Below are positions 53,533 through 61,557 of a DNA stretch of 64,000 nucleotides, in pieces. This stretch comes from an uncultured Thiotrichaceae bacterium (lineage in GTDB: Bacteria; Pseudomonadota; Gammaproteobacteria; SZUA-229): NCBI GenBank assembly GCA_964466455.1, contig CAYXNL010000003.1:7268-71267 (forward strand). The letters are read 5' to 3'. Made by a program: the position numbers and the translations under genes. Below the pieces are notes generated by a model, which had not been told where the DNA came from, searched no databases, and worked only from the letters and a program-made list of their open reading frames with translations. Each line of letters begins with the position of its first letter. Within the stretch, counting starts at the first letter, position 1.

Positions 53533-54062
53533 CAGCTTTTGTAATACTCAATACCCGAAACCGCATCCGCTTCATCGGTATGGGACAGATACACGATTAC
53601 ATGACAGCCCGCATCACCATTGGCTATGGTTTGTGCCAGATGGACTTTTGCATAGCCTAGATTCTCCGCAGTAATGATACCAAACACATTTGATGTCATC
53701 ATACACAGACTGGGCCGTCCAATGACTTTTTCTGCAAAGGGGCAGGACTGGCTTTCCAGTACAATCTTGTCTATCCCCTGTGAAACAACTTTAAAATCGC
53801 CCTGAATACGCTGCTTAAAATCAGCCAGCACAGCGCCAACCTGTTCACGGTTAAGACTGGACACGTTCAAGGCCCGACAATAATCCTGATTGATTGCATC
53901 TCCCATGCTCTGGCCGACAATGGAAACAAACCCGGCGGCTTCTTCCACACCGACTACATCCTGCAATGTACCGGACAGTTGCCGTAATAACTCACGCATA
54001 AAACCATCGCGTTCTAGCGGAATTTCAAGACTGGACAGATCACAATCGGTTAACAGGGGCAT
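53532..54062 (-). CDS. small cytoplasmic putative ligand-binding sensor protein (V4R/XylR-N-like?) translationally coupled to the hybrid kinase
   Basis: 176 aa; soluble; Cys-containing motifs ESQSCPFAEKVIGRPSLCMM and GDAGCHVIVYL; its TGA overlaps the kinase ATG (ATGA at 53530-53534). Confidence 0.5.
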   Translation of the reverse strand: MPLLTDCDLSSLEIPLERDGFMRELLRQLSGTLQDVVGVEEAAGFVSIVGQSMGDAINQDYCRALNVSSLNREQVGAVLADFKQRIQGDFKVVSQGIDKIVLESQSCPFAEKVIGRPSLCMMTSNVFGIITAENLGYAKVHLAQTIANGDAGCHVIVYLSHTDEADAVSGIEYYKS

Positions 54063-54337
54063 TGATTACTCCTTACCTTAATAAGCAGGTAATATCAGGG
54101 AACTTCTGATCAAGTCGTACTTGAATATCTTGAATTTAGACTTTATCAAAAACTATTTTTATCTCAAAGCAGAGGAATACTCTACGTATATTATTACAAT
54201 AAAACGCGCTTATAGTAATAAAATAAACGGCAAAAATACAATATAAATACAATATGATTAAACCCTGGTTATTTAGACAGGTCATAATTTCTCGGTATTA
54301 CCCATAAAAAAGCACACAACTAATAGCAGAAAAAATC

Positions 54338-54766
54338 ATGACTGCAAAAAAAACGATTAGCATTGCCGCCCGGCTGGCCGGGATAGGTATTGAAACCATA
54401 CGCTACTATCAGCGTACTGGATTAATTGAGGAACCGGAAAAACCGGTTTCCGGTTTTCGCGTGTATCCACAATCGACGATTAATCGTATCCGCTTTATTC
54501 AACGCGCTAAAAAGCTGGGGTTCAGTCTGGCGGAAATTACTCGTTTACTGAAACTTGATGACGGTAACTGCGCACAAACCCGTGCCATTGCTGAACACAA
54601 ATACGCATTAATTACCGAAAAGATAAAAGATTTGCAAATCATGGCGACTGTACTTGAAAAACAGATCAATAACTGCAAGATAAATATGGACATAGATCAT
54701 TGCCCACTAATATCTTCCCTGGCTGACACTCAGGAAACAGCAAAAAAGCTGCTGACAGATAACTGA
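54338..54766 (+). CDS. MerR-family heavy-metal-responsive transcriptional regulator (ZntR/CadR/PbrR-like)
   Basis: 142 aa; N-terminal wHTH (ISIAARLAGIGIETIRYYQRTGLIEEPEKPVSGFRVY), dimerisation helix, and Cys78/Cys113/Cys122 at the positions of the metal-binding triad of PbrR/CadR/ZntR. Confidence 0.8.
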   Translation: MTAKKTISIAARLAGIGIETIRYYQRTGLIEEPEKPVSGFRVYPQSTINRIRFIQRAKKLGFSLAEITRLLKLDDGNCAQTRAIAEHKYALITEKIKDLQIMATVLEKQINNCKINMDIDHCPLISSLADTQETAKKLLTDN

Positions 54767-54808
54767 CATTGTATAATCGCACCACTTTTTACTTCACCGA
54801 GAGTTACC

Positions 54809-56032
54809 ATGTCTTTAATTCGCCCCTTTGCCGGTTTACGTCCTGTTCCTGAACGTGCAGAAGAAGTCATTGCACCACCCTATGATGTACTGAATTCTGT
54901 CGAAGCCCGTGAACAGGTAAAGGGGCGTCCGTGGAGCTTCCTTCATATCTCCAAAGCTGAAATTGACCTACCGGAAGGTATCGACCCCTATGACCCGGAA
55001 GTATATGAAAAATCAGCAGAAAACCTGAGAAAAATGTTGGACGAAGGTATTTTGATGCGCGAAAACAAAGACTGTTACTATGTTTACCGTCTAATTATGA
55101 ACGATCATATCCAGCTTGGTCTGGTCGCGACCGCTTGCGTTGCCGATTACGATACCAATCGTATTCGCAAGCACGAATTTACCCGCCCGGCAAAAGAAGA
55201 TGACCGCGTACGTCAGATTGAAGCACTCAACGCGCAAACCGGCCCGGTATTACTGGCATACAAATCACAGCCAGATATGGATGCCATTCTGGCAACAACC
55301 ACCCGGCAGCGGCCACTGGTTGATGTAACCGCCGACGATGGCGTACAGCATACTTTCTGGAAAATTGATAGCGATGATACTATCAAAAAAATTACGGCAG
55401 GATTTGATGCCATGACCGCTTTGTATATTGCAGATGGTCACCACCGTTCTGCTTCCGCTTCACGAATTGCCAAAAGCCGTGGTGGTAATGGTAACCAGAA
55501 CAGTGATTATTTTCTCTCGGTAATTTACCCGCATAACCAGATGAATATTCTCGATTATAACCGTGTTATTACCGACTTAAACGGTTTAACTAAACAGCAG
55601 GTACTGGAAAAAACCCAACTGTCATTTAATGTAACAGAAGAGAATGAAGCGGTTCATCCAACCAGGGCAACAGAATTCGGTATGTATCTGGATGGTCAGT
55701 GGTATCGTCTGACAATTCACCCACAATTGATTCCCAATGACCCGGTGCAGTCGCTTGATGTCAGCCTGCTGGCTAATCATTTAATTGAACCGGTTTTAGG
55801 CATTTCTGACCCGCGCACAGATAACCGTATCGACTTTGTCGGTGGTATTCGTGGCCTTGCTGAACTGGAAAAACGGGTTAATAGCGGAGAGATGGCGATT
55901 GCTTTTTCCTTCTTTCCAACCAGTATGAACGCCTTAATGGCCGTTGCGGACGCAGGTGAAGTAATGCCGCCAAAATCAACCTGGTTTGAGCCCAAACTGG
56001 CTGATGGCCTGGTCTCACACGTTCTGGATTAA
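54809..56032 (+). CDS. DUF1015 family protein
   Basis: 407 aa; family-typical N-terminus MSLIRPFAGLRPVPERAEEVIAPPYDVLNSVEARE. Confidence 0.7.
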   Translation: MSLIRPFAGLRPVPERAEEVIAPPYDVLNSVEAREQVKGRPWSFLHISKAEIDLPEGIDPYDPEVYEKSAENLRKMLDEGILMRENKDCYYVYRLIMNDHIQLGLVATACVADYDTNRIRKHEFTRPAKEDDRVRQIEALNAQTGPVLLAYKSQPDMDAILATTTRQRPLVDVTADDGVQHTFWKIDSDDTIKKITAGFDAMTALYIADGHHRSASASRIAKSRGGNGNQNSDYFLSVIYPHNQMNILDYNRVITDLNGLTKQQVLEKTQLSFNVTEENEAVHPTRATEFGMYLDGQWYRLTIHPQLIPNDPVQSLDVSLLANHLIEPVLGISDPRTDNRIDFVGGIRGLAELEKRVNSGEMAIAFSFFPTSMNALMAVADAGEVMPPKSTWFEPKLADGLVSHVLD

Positions 56033-56051
56033 TACAGCAGAGAATAGCATT

Positions 56052-57620
56052 TTGTACGATTTATTACACCAGCGCCTGGCAAAAATCCGCCAGTCGGGTA
56101 AAGAAGAAACCCTGTCCGGTTCAAAAATCGGACTGGAAAAAGAAAGCCTGCGGGTATCCCCTGATGGCGGACTTTCACAACACCCTTCGCCTGCGGCATG
56201 GGGTTCGATGCTAACCAATCCCATGATTACCACCGACTTTTCAGAAGCACTGGCAGAGTTAATCACGCCGCCATGTGATTCAGTTAATGAGGTAATTCAG
56301 TCACTCGATGATATTCAGCATTTTGTCTATCGCCACCTCGATAATGAAATTCTCTGGGCAACCAGTATGCCCTGCGTGGTTGCCGGTGAAACCAGTATTC
56401 CACTGGCTCGTTATGGACGTTCTAACGCCGCACAGATGAAAACAATTTATCGCAAAGGGCTGGGGCTGCGTTACGGTCGCGCCATGCAGGTCATTGCCGG
56501 GGTACATTTTAATTATTCTTATGCTGAAGAATTCTGGTGCTGTTTTCAGCAACTGGAACGAGGCTCGGGTCAACTACAGGATTTTATTTCCGATCACTAC
56601 ATGGGGCTGGTCAGGAATCTGCTGCGTTATGGCTGGTTAGTCCCCTACCTGTTCGGTGCCTCACCCGCTGTATGTAAATCTTTTCTTAACGGACAAAAAA
56701 CACTGTTACAGGAGTTTAATGATAATACCTGTTATGAACCCTACGCCACTTCATTGCGTCTGGGTAATATCGGTTATCAAAATAACAAGGAAGACCTGGC
56801 AGGCATTAAGGCCTGTTATGATTCCGTAGACTGTTATGCGGAAAGTCTGCAATGCGCCATTCGTACCCCGAATCCAGCGTACCAGAAAATCGGCGTAAAG
56901 GTAAACGGTGAATACCGCCAACTGAACACCAATATTCTACAGATAGAGAATGAGTATTACAGTACCGTGCGCCCGAAACCGCTGCTGCACACCAATGAAA
57001 GCCCGGCTTATGCCCTGAAAAAACACGGCATTGCCTATATCGAACTACGTTCCGTTGATGTTAATGCCTATGACCCACATGGCATTCATTCCGAGCAGTT
57101 ATATTTCCTCGAGGTTTTTATGCTGTTTTGCCTGTTGCACGACAGCCCACCACTTAGCAGCAACGAAATCAATACCATTGACCAGAATCTACTGCTGGTT
57201 GCTCATCAGGGTCGCAAACCCGGGCTTACCCTGCAACGCAATAACCACCCCATCAACCTGCAACAGTGGGCAGGTGAGTTATGCCGTGAAATGAAAACCG
57301 TTGCAACATTGCTGGATCAGGCAAATTTCTGCGAAAACTATTTTTCCAGTGTAAAGGCTCAGATTGCCAGCGTTTATGACCCGGATCTAACACCTTCGGC
57401 AAGAATGCTGGCTGAAATGCGTGAACATGAAGAGGGCTTTTATCATTATGCCAAACGTATGTCACAGCATCATTATCTGTATTATAAAAAACAATCCCTC
57501 CCTGCCGAGAAAATTCGTTTTTTTAAACAGTTGGCTGAGCAGTCCATACAACAGCAACAACAGATAGAACAGACCGACCAGATCAGTTTTGATCAGTATC
57601 TTGCCCGGTACTATGCCTAA
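56052..57620 (+). CDS. gshA: glutamate-cysteine ligase (gamma-glutamylcysteine synthetase)
   Basis: Strong alignment with E. coli GshA (LEKESLRV / ITTDFSEALAELITP / MPCVVAGE / YLFGASPAVCKSFL / LRLGNIGYQN / YIELRSVDVN). A TTG at 56052 gives an N-terminus the same length as E. coli GshA (which itself uses TTG) and avoids overlap with DUF1015. The alternative ATG at 56004 overlaps DUF1015 by 29 nt; the ORF-track frame begins at 55986. Confidence 0.85.
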   Translation: MYDLLHQRLAKIRQSGKEETLSGSKIGLEKESLRVSPDGGLSQHPSPAAWGSMLTNPMITTDFSEALAELITPPCDSVNEVIQSLDDIQHFVYRHLDNEILWATSMPCVVAGETSIPLARYGRSNAAQMKTIYRKGLGLRYGRAMQVIAGVHFNYSYAEEFWCCFQQLERGSGQLQDFISDHYMGLVRNLLRYGWLVPYLFGASPAVCKSFLNGQKTLLQEFNDNTCYEPYATSLRLGNIGYQNNKEDLAGIKACYDSVDCYAESLQCAIRTPNPAYQKIGVKVNGEYRQLNTNILQIENEYYSTVRPKPLLHTNESPAYALKKHGIAYIELRSVDVNAYDPHGIHSEQLYFLEVFMLFCLLHDSPPLSSNEINTIDQNLLLVAHQGRKPGLTLQRNNHPINLQQWAGELCREMKTVATLLDQANFCENYFSSVKAQIASVYDPDLTPSARMLAEMREHEEGFYHYAKRMSQHHYLYYKKQSLPAEKIRFFKQLAEQSIQQQQQIEQTDQISFDQYLARYYA

Positions 57621-57636
57621 CAGTAACCATAACCCA

Positions 57637-58041
57637 ATGCGCCAGATATTTTATGACTGCTGGCAATTAAAACACAGCGGGCAGCCACTGGACGCTATGC
57701 AATCCATCATTGCCACCATTATTGAACTTCATCCCGAATACCACGCTTTACTGGAAGATCCATCTTCTCTGGAAAAAGACTTTTCTGTTGAAAATGGGGA
57801 AAGTAATCCATTTCTACATTTAAGCATGCATATTGCTCTGCACGAACAGCTTAGCGGCAACCGACCTGCTGGAATAAAAAATATATATCAGCAACTGTGT
57901 TATCAGCACGGTAGCGCACATGATGCAGAACACGCCATGATGGAATGTCTGGGAGAAAGCCTCTGGCAGGCACAACACAATGGCTGTACACCGGATGAAA
58001 CAGCCTATCTACACTGCCTTAAAAAGTTGGAAAAGCGCTGA
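57637..58041 (+). CDS. DUF1841 family protein
   Basis: MRQIFYDCWQLKHSGQPLD...EYHALLEDP...ENGESNPFLHLSMHIALHEQLSGNRPAGI...AEHAMMECLGESLW matches the DUF1841 consensus. Upstream in-frame ATGs at 57613 and 57589 (ORF-track start) are alternatives. Confidence 0.7.
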   Translation: MRQIFYDCWQLKHSGQPLDAMQSIIATIIELHPEYHALLEDPSSLEKDFSVENGESNPFLHLSMHIALHEQLSGNRPAGIKNIYQQLCYQHGSAHDAEHAMMECLGESLWQAQHNGCTPDETAYLHCLKKLEKR

Positions 58042-58050
58042 CTAATGTAG

Positions 58051-58188
58051 AGATACTAACAGGATGGATGAGAGGGATACTTATTGTTCAAGACCGTCAG
58101 CCGCAGGGATGCGGGTGTCGAGCTTACATGGAGGTACTTACAGCGTGTCCTGAACAATAAGTATCCCTTTTACCCGTTTCAATAATAT
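58051..58188. repeat. MITE/REP-like palindromic element, long copy (21-bp terminal inverted repeats GGGATACTTATTGTTCAAGAC / GTCCTGAACAATAAGTATCCC)
   Basis: Left part agatactaacaggatggatga and right part cttttacccgtttcaataatat are shared with the short copy at 25390-25448. Internal nested hairpin CCGCAgggaTGCGG. Confidence 0.7.
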
Positions 58189-58343
58189 ACATTTACTGCA
58201 AAAAATATTATTTTTTTATTCCAATTGACTGAACTTGCTATTTTCCTGCTTGTCTTTTTTTGTCGGAACCGTGTAGACTGAAATTATTCAGGTTTCATTC
58301 CCCCATCCTGGCGGATGATATTAATTTTTCTGGAGAAAAACGA

Positions 58344-58685
58344 ATGGTAAATAAAACGACGAAAAGAACCCTTTCTGTGGCAATAGGAGCCGCCTTTGCT
58401 GTAGCAATGATGACCGCACCAATAGCAAAAGCAGATACCAATCCATTTGGAATGCAAAACCTGAAAACCAGTTATCGGGAAATTGCAAGTAACAAATGTG
58501 CTGCCAGTATGAAGAAGCAGACCAGTGGCAAGTGTGGTGCTGCAGAGTTGAAGAAAAAAGAAGAAATGAAGAAAATGGAGATGATGAAAAAGGAAGGTAA
58601 ATGCGGTACCAATAAAATGAAAAAAATGGAAAAAGAAGGTAAATGTGGCGCCAATAAAATGAAAAAAATGGAACATGAAGGTTAA
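58344..58685 (+). CDS. secreted Met/Cys/Lys-rich repeat protein with tandem EGKCG...MKKME modules; putative periplasmic Cu/soft-metal-binding protein or RiPP-metallophore-like precursor
   Basis: GGAG at 58332-58335 then ATG at 58344. Sec signal peptide MVNKTTKRTLSVAIGAAFAVAMMTAPIAKA|DT. Mature region contains four KCG/EGKCG units interleaved with MKKME(M)MKK Met-rich motifs. The last two modules are a 42-bp tandem DNA repeat (58596-58679). Strong terminator follows. Confidence 0.7.
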   Translation: MVNKTTKRTLSVAIGAAFAVAMMTAPIAKADTNPFGMQNLKTSYREIASNKCAASMKKQTSGKCGAAELKKKEEMKKMEMMKKEGKCGTNKMKKMEKEGKCGANKMKKMEHEG

Positions 58686-58715
58686 AAACAGAACATACCC
58701 TTTTCTTTCTTTAAA

Positions 58716-58741
58716 AGCCCCGTAACTCCGGGGCTTTTTTA
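58716..58741 (+). terminator. Rho-independent terminator after the EGKCG-repeat gene
   Basis: AGCCCCG-taactc-CGGGGCT followed by TTTTTTATT. Confidence 0.8.
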
Positions 58742-58931
58742 TTACAGAGAATAACTGAAAAAACACGCGAAAAATAAAAAAGTGGTTACAATATAGTTAT
58801 CACGATATTGTAACCACGATATAGAGCAGGGTATTGTATACCTCCCCGTGAACCTGTTCGATTGTACCATAACGATAAGGAGACACTGATTAATCATGAG
58901 TCTCCATAATTAAGATACCGGGGCCACCCTT

Positions 58932-60428
58932 ATGTTTTCAGCAGAATCATTCGGAATAGAAGTACTCGCATGGATGGCAACAATATTTTTCATCACCATC
59001 AGCCTGCTACTTATTTTTCTTGTTGGTGTTTACATTGCGGATGTTACTCAGACCAAACAGGCCATCCGCCGGAACTATCCAGTTATTGGTCATTTTCGTT
59101 ATTATTTCGAACACCTCGGTACTTTTTTCCGTCAGTATTTTTTTACCATGGATCGGGAGGAAATGCCCTTTAATCGCGCCCAGCGCTCATGGGTATATCG
59201 TGCAGCAAAAAATATCGAGAATACCGTTGGTTTCGGTTCTACACGTGACCTACGCCCGGTCGGTACCATTTTATTTATTAATACCGCCTTTCCAACACTT
59301 GGCAGGGAGGCGGTTGACGCCAAACCGGTTATTATTGGTGGGGATTCTGCCCGACAACCCTTTACAGCCTGTTCTTTTTTTAATATTTCCGGGATGAGCT
59401 ATGGCGCCATTTCCAAACCTGCAATACAGGCTTTATCCTATGGTGCAAAAAAAGCCAATGCCTGGATGAATACCGGTGAAGGCGGTCTGTCTTCCTACCA
59501 TCTTGAAGGTGGTGCTGATATTGTGTTTCAGATTGGAACAGCCAAATATGGTGTCAGAGACGAAAACGGCAAATTATCTGATGAAAAACTAACTAAAATT
59601 GCTGCACACGAAAATGTCCGCATGTTTGAAATAAAGATGTCTCAGGGTGCAAAACCCGGTAAAGGCGGCATTCTACCGGGAAAAAAAGTAACCGCAGAAA
59701 TAGCTCGTATCCGCGGTATACCTGCTGGTGAAGATTCTATCAGCCCCAATCGCCACCCTGAAATCAGAACAAATGATGACCTTATTGATATGATTAATCA
59801 TATACGGGAAGTTACCGGCAAACCCGTTGGTTTCAAGGCCGTACTGGGAGATGACATCTGGTTAAAAGAATTTTTCCAGGCGGTTAACAAACGCGGAAAA
59901 CATAGCGCTCCTGATTTTATTACCATCGACAGTGCCGATGGCGGTACGGGCGCTGCACCGGTGAGTCTGATGGATTATGTTGGTCTGCCGATTCAGGAAA
60001 GCCTGCCTATCGCGATTGACAATATTGTACAGGCGGGTCTGCGTGAACGCATCAAGGTAATTGCCTCAGGCAAATTAATTAACCCGGCCGAAGTCGCCTG
60101 GGCATTATGCGTAGGGGCTGACTTTATTAGTTCAGCACGTGGCTTTATGATGTCTCTGGGATGCATTCAGGCTTTGCAGTGTCATCAGAATACCTGCCCA
60201 ACCGGTATTACCACTCATGATAAAAAATTACAACACGGCCTGGTTGCTGAGCAGAAATCTTCACGTGTATGTAACTATATTAATAATATCCGTTATGAAG
60301 TGGGTCTTATCGCCCATTCCTGTGGTGTCTCTAATGCCAGGAAACTGAGCCGATGTCATGCCCGCATTGTCCAGCAAAATGGAAAGTCAATAACACTGAA
60401 AGACCTGTACCCCGGTAAACAGGAATAA
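58932..60428 (+). CDS. FMN-binding glutamate synthase family protein (GltB domain-2-like), membrane-anchored
   Basis: 498 aa; N-terminal TM helix (IEVLAWMATIFFITISLLLIFLVGVYIA) then glutamate-synthase central domain motifs (ISGMSYGAIS, GEGG, QGAKPGKGG, IDSADGGTGAAP, ASGKLINP) and a C-terminal Cys cluster. Confidence 0.8.
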   Translation: MFSAESFGIEVLAWMATIFFITISLLLIFLVGVYIADVTQTKQAIRRNYPVIGHFRYYFEHLGTFFRQYFFTMDREEMPFNRAQRSWVYRAAKNIENTVGFGSTRDLRPVGTILFINTAFPTLGREAVDAKPVIIGGDSARQPFTACSFFNISGMSYGAISKPAIQALSYGAKKANAWMNTGEGGLSSYHLEGGADIVFQIGTAKYGVRDENGKLSDEKLTKIAAHENVRMFEIKMSQGAKPGKGGILPGKKVTAEIARIRGIPAGEDSISPNRHPEIRTNDDLIDMINHIREVTGKPVGFKAVLGDDIWLKEFFQAVNKRGKHSAPDFITIDSADGGTGAAPVSLMDYVGLPIQESLPIAIDNIVQAGLRERIKVIASGKLINPAEVAWALCVGADFISSARGFMMSLGCIQALQCHQNTCPTGITTHDKKLQHGLVAEQKSSRVCNYINNIRYEVGLIAHSCGVSNARKLSRCHARIVQQNGKSITLKDLYPGKQE

Positions 60429-60525
60429 TAATTAACCGCACCGCTCATGGTATGATACTACCAGATGGTAGAATCCCATCGTACATCGCAAAACCAGAAC
60501 TTATTTCTATGTTAACAGTATAGTA

Positions 60526-60768
60526 GTGATGAAATATCGAATAATAACAGGCATCATGCCCGTTCTATTGTTGTGTTCCACCATGATTACGGCCTGCAGC
60601 ACACAGGACTGGTACCAGGGAGCGCAGTCTATGCACGAGTTGTCATGCCAGAAATTACCAAAAGCTGAATACTATGACTGTATGAAGGAATCGGATAAAA
60701 GCTACAATAGTTACAAAAAAAATCGTGAACAGTTAAATAAACCCAACCCAGATATTAAAACACGCTAG
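60526..60768 (+). CDS. small lipoprotein, hypothetical
   Basis: 80 aa; signal peptide with lipobox TMITAC|S. Confidence 0.5.
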   Translation: MMKYRIITGIMPVLLLCSTMITACSTQDWYQGAQSMHELSCQKLPKAEYYDCMKESDKSYNSYKKNREQLNKPNPDIKTR

Positions 60769-60974
60769 TCAATTTTTTTATCCCTGAATATTCCTCTGAA
60801 AAAAATTAGTCCCGGACAAATTCCAGTTATCGCGGAGAATATAAAAAATATTGCCGGTAAATAAAGTACCCAGTTAACCACATCAAAACCGGTTAACCAT
60901 ATTCCCAGCCATAAAATTGCACCCACAAACAGAAAAAATGCTTTCATTGCCGGATCCATTTTATCCATCATCAA
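60765..60974 (-). CDS. DUF2892 (YgaP C-terminal-like) small membrane protein
   Basis: 69 aa; two TM helices and the conserved GxCP motif (ITGICPGLIFF). Confidence 0.6.
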   Translation of the reverse strand: MMMDKMDPAMKAFFLFVGAILWLGIWLTGFDVVNWVLYLPAIFFIFSAITGICPGLIFFRGIFRDKKID

Positions 60975-61058
60975 TACCTGCTATGTATCAGTAGAGAAGA
61001 TCACAATAAAATAAATTTACAGAAAATTCAACAACCACCCGTCTTTTCCACATATTTT

Positions 61059-61499
61059 TTACTGAAATATTTTCTGCCACCAACGCTGTCTGTTCATGGG
61101 CGGGTAAAGAGCCTCTTCCAGTGCAACAGGCGGTATTCGTGATAGTATCCAGCCCGGCAGCGGCGGTTTTTCACTGTACCCGCAGGATACACCCAAATTA
61201 TTCGGATCAAAAATTTTAATAAATTCAGGATGCTGCTGATTATCAATATACACTATTGCACAGTAATCCTCATCATGTTCCTTACGTAGTAACCTGTCTA
61301 TTTCGGTAATAAAAGTTAAAAACTGTTGTCTGGTGACAGCGCTTTGTGGTGGTTCCTGCCCAACGGCATATATATACCAGCCATCATCTGCCAGCTCACG
61401 TAATATCACCCAGAATTCATCCAGCTGCGGCCAGCGCATTACCGAGGTAAACTTACCGCGGAAAGCGGACAGATAAGTCTGTTGCATTGATACATCCAT
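61059..61499 (-). CDS. hypothetical protein
   Basis: 146-aa ORF, soluble, no recognised family. Confidence 0.45.
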   Translation of the reverse strand: MDVSMQQTYLSAFRGKFTSVMRWPQLDEFWVILRELADDGWYIYAVGQEPPQSAVTRQQFLTFITEIDRLLRKEHDEDYCAIVYIDNQQHPEFIKIFDPNNLGVSCGYSEKPPLPGWILSRIPPVALEEALYPPMNRQRWWQKIFQ

Positions 61500-61557
61500 A
61501 ACCAGTACCTCACGGGATTCTTGTTGCTATTGGTTACCCCTACTACAACCTTTACAC

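Noticed and set aside
53532-54062. Possibility that the small kinase-coupled protein is an H-NOX haem-NO sensor
   Set aside because: It lacks the proximal His and the YxSxR motif in the expected positions and has no resemblance to the H-NOX N-terminal helices. Left as V4R-like/unknown.
58260-58343. N-terminal 28-codon extension (MSEPCRLKLFRFHSPILADDINFSGEKR) of the EGKCG gene in the ORF track
   Set aside because: It begins at a non-ATG codon in the AT-rich leader and precedes the GGAG RBS. The ATG at 58344 immediately precedes a canonical signal peptide.
58284-58766. 160-aa minus-strand ORF rich in Phe/His (FFHFFHFIG...) antisense to the EGKCG-repeat gene
   Set aside because: It is the mirror translation of the Lys/Met-rich repeat (AAA/ATG codons read as TTT/CAT). 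The plus-strand gene has an RBS, a signal peptide with AXA site and a proper terminator; the minus frame runs through the terminator hairpin.
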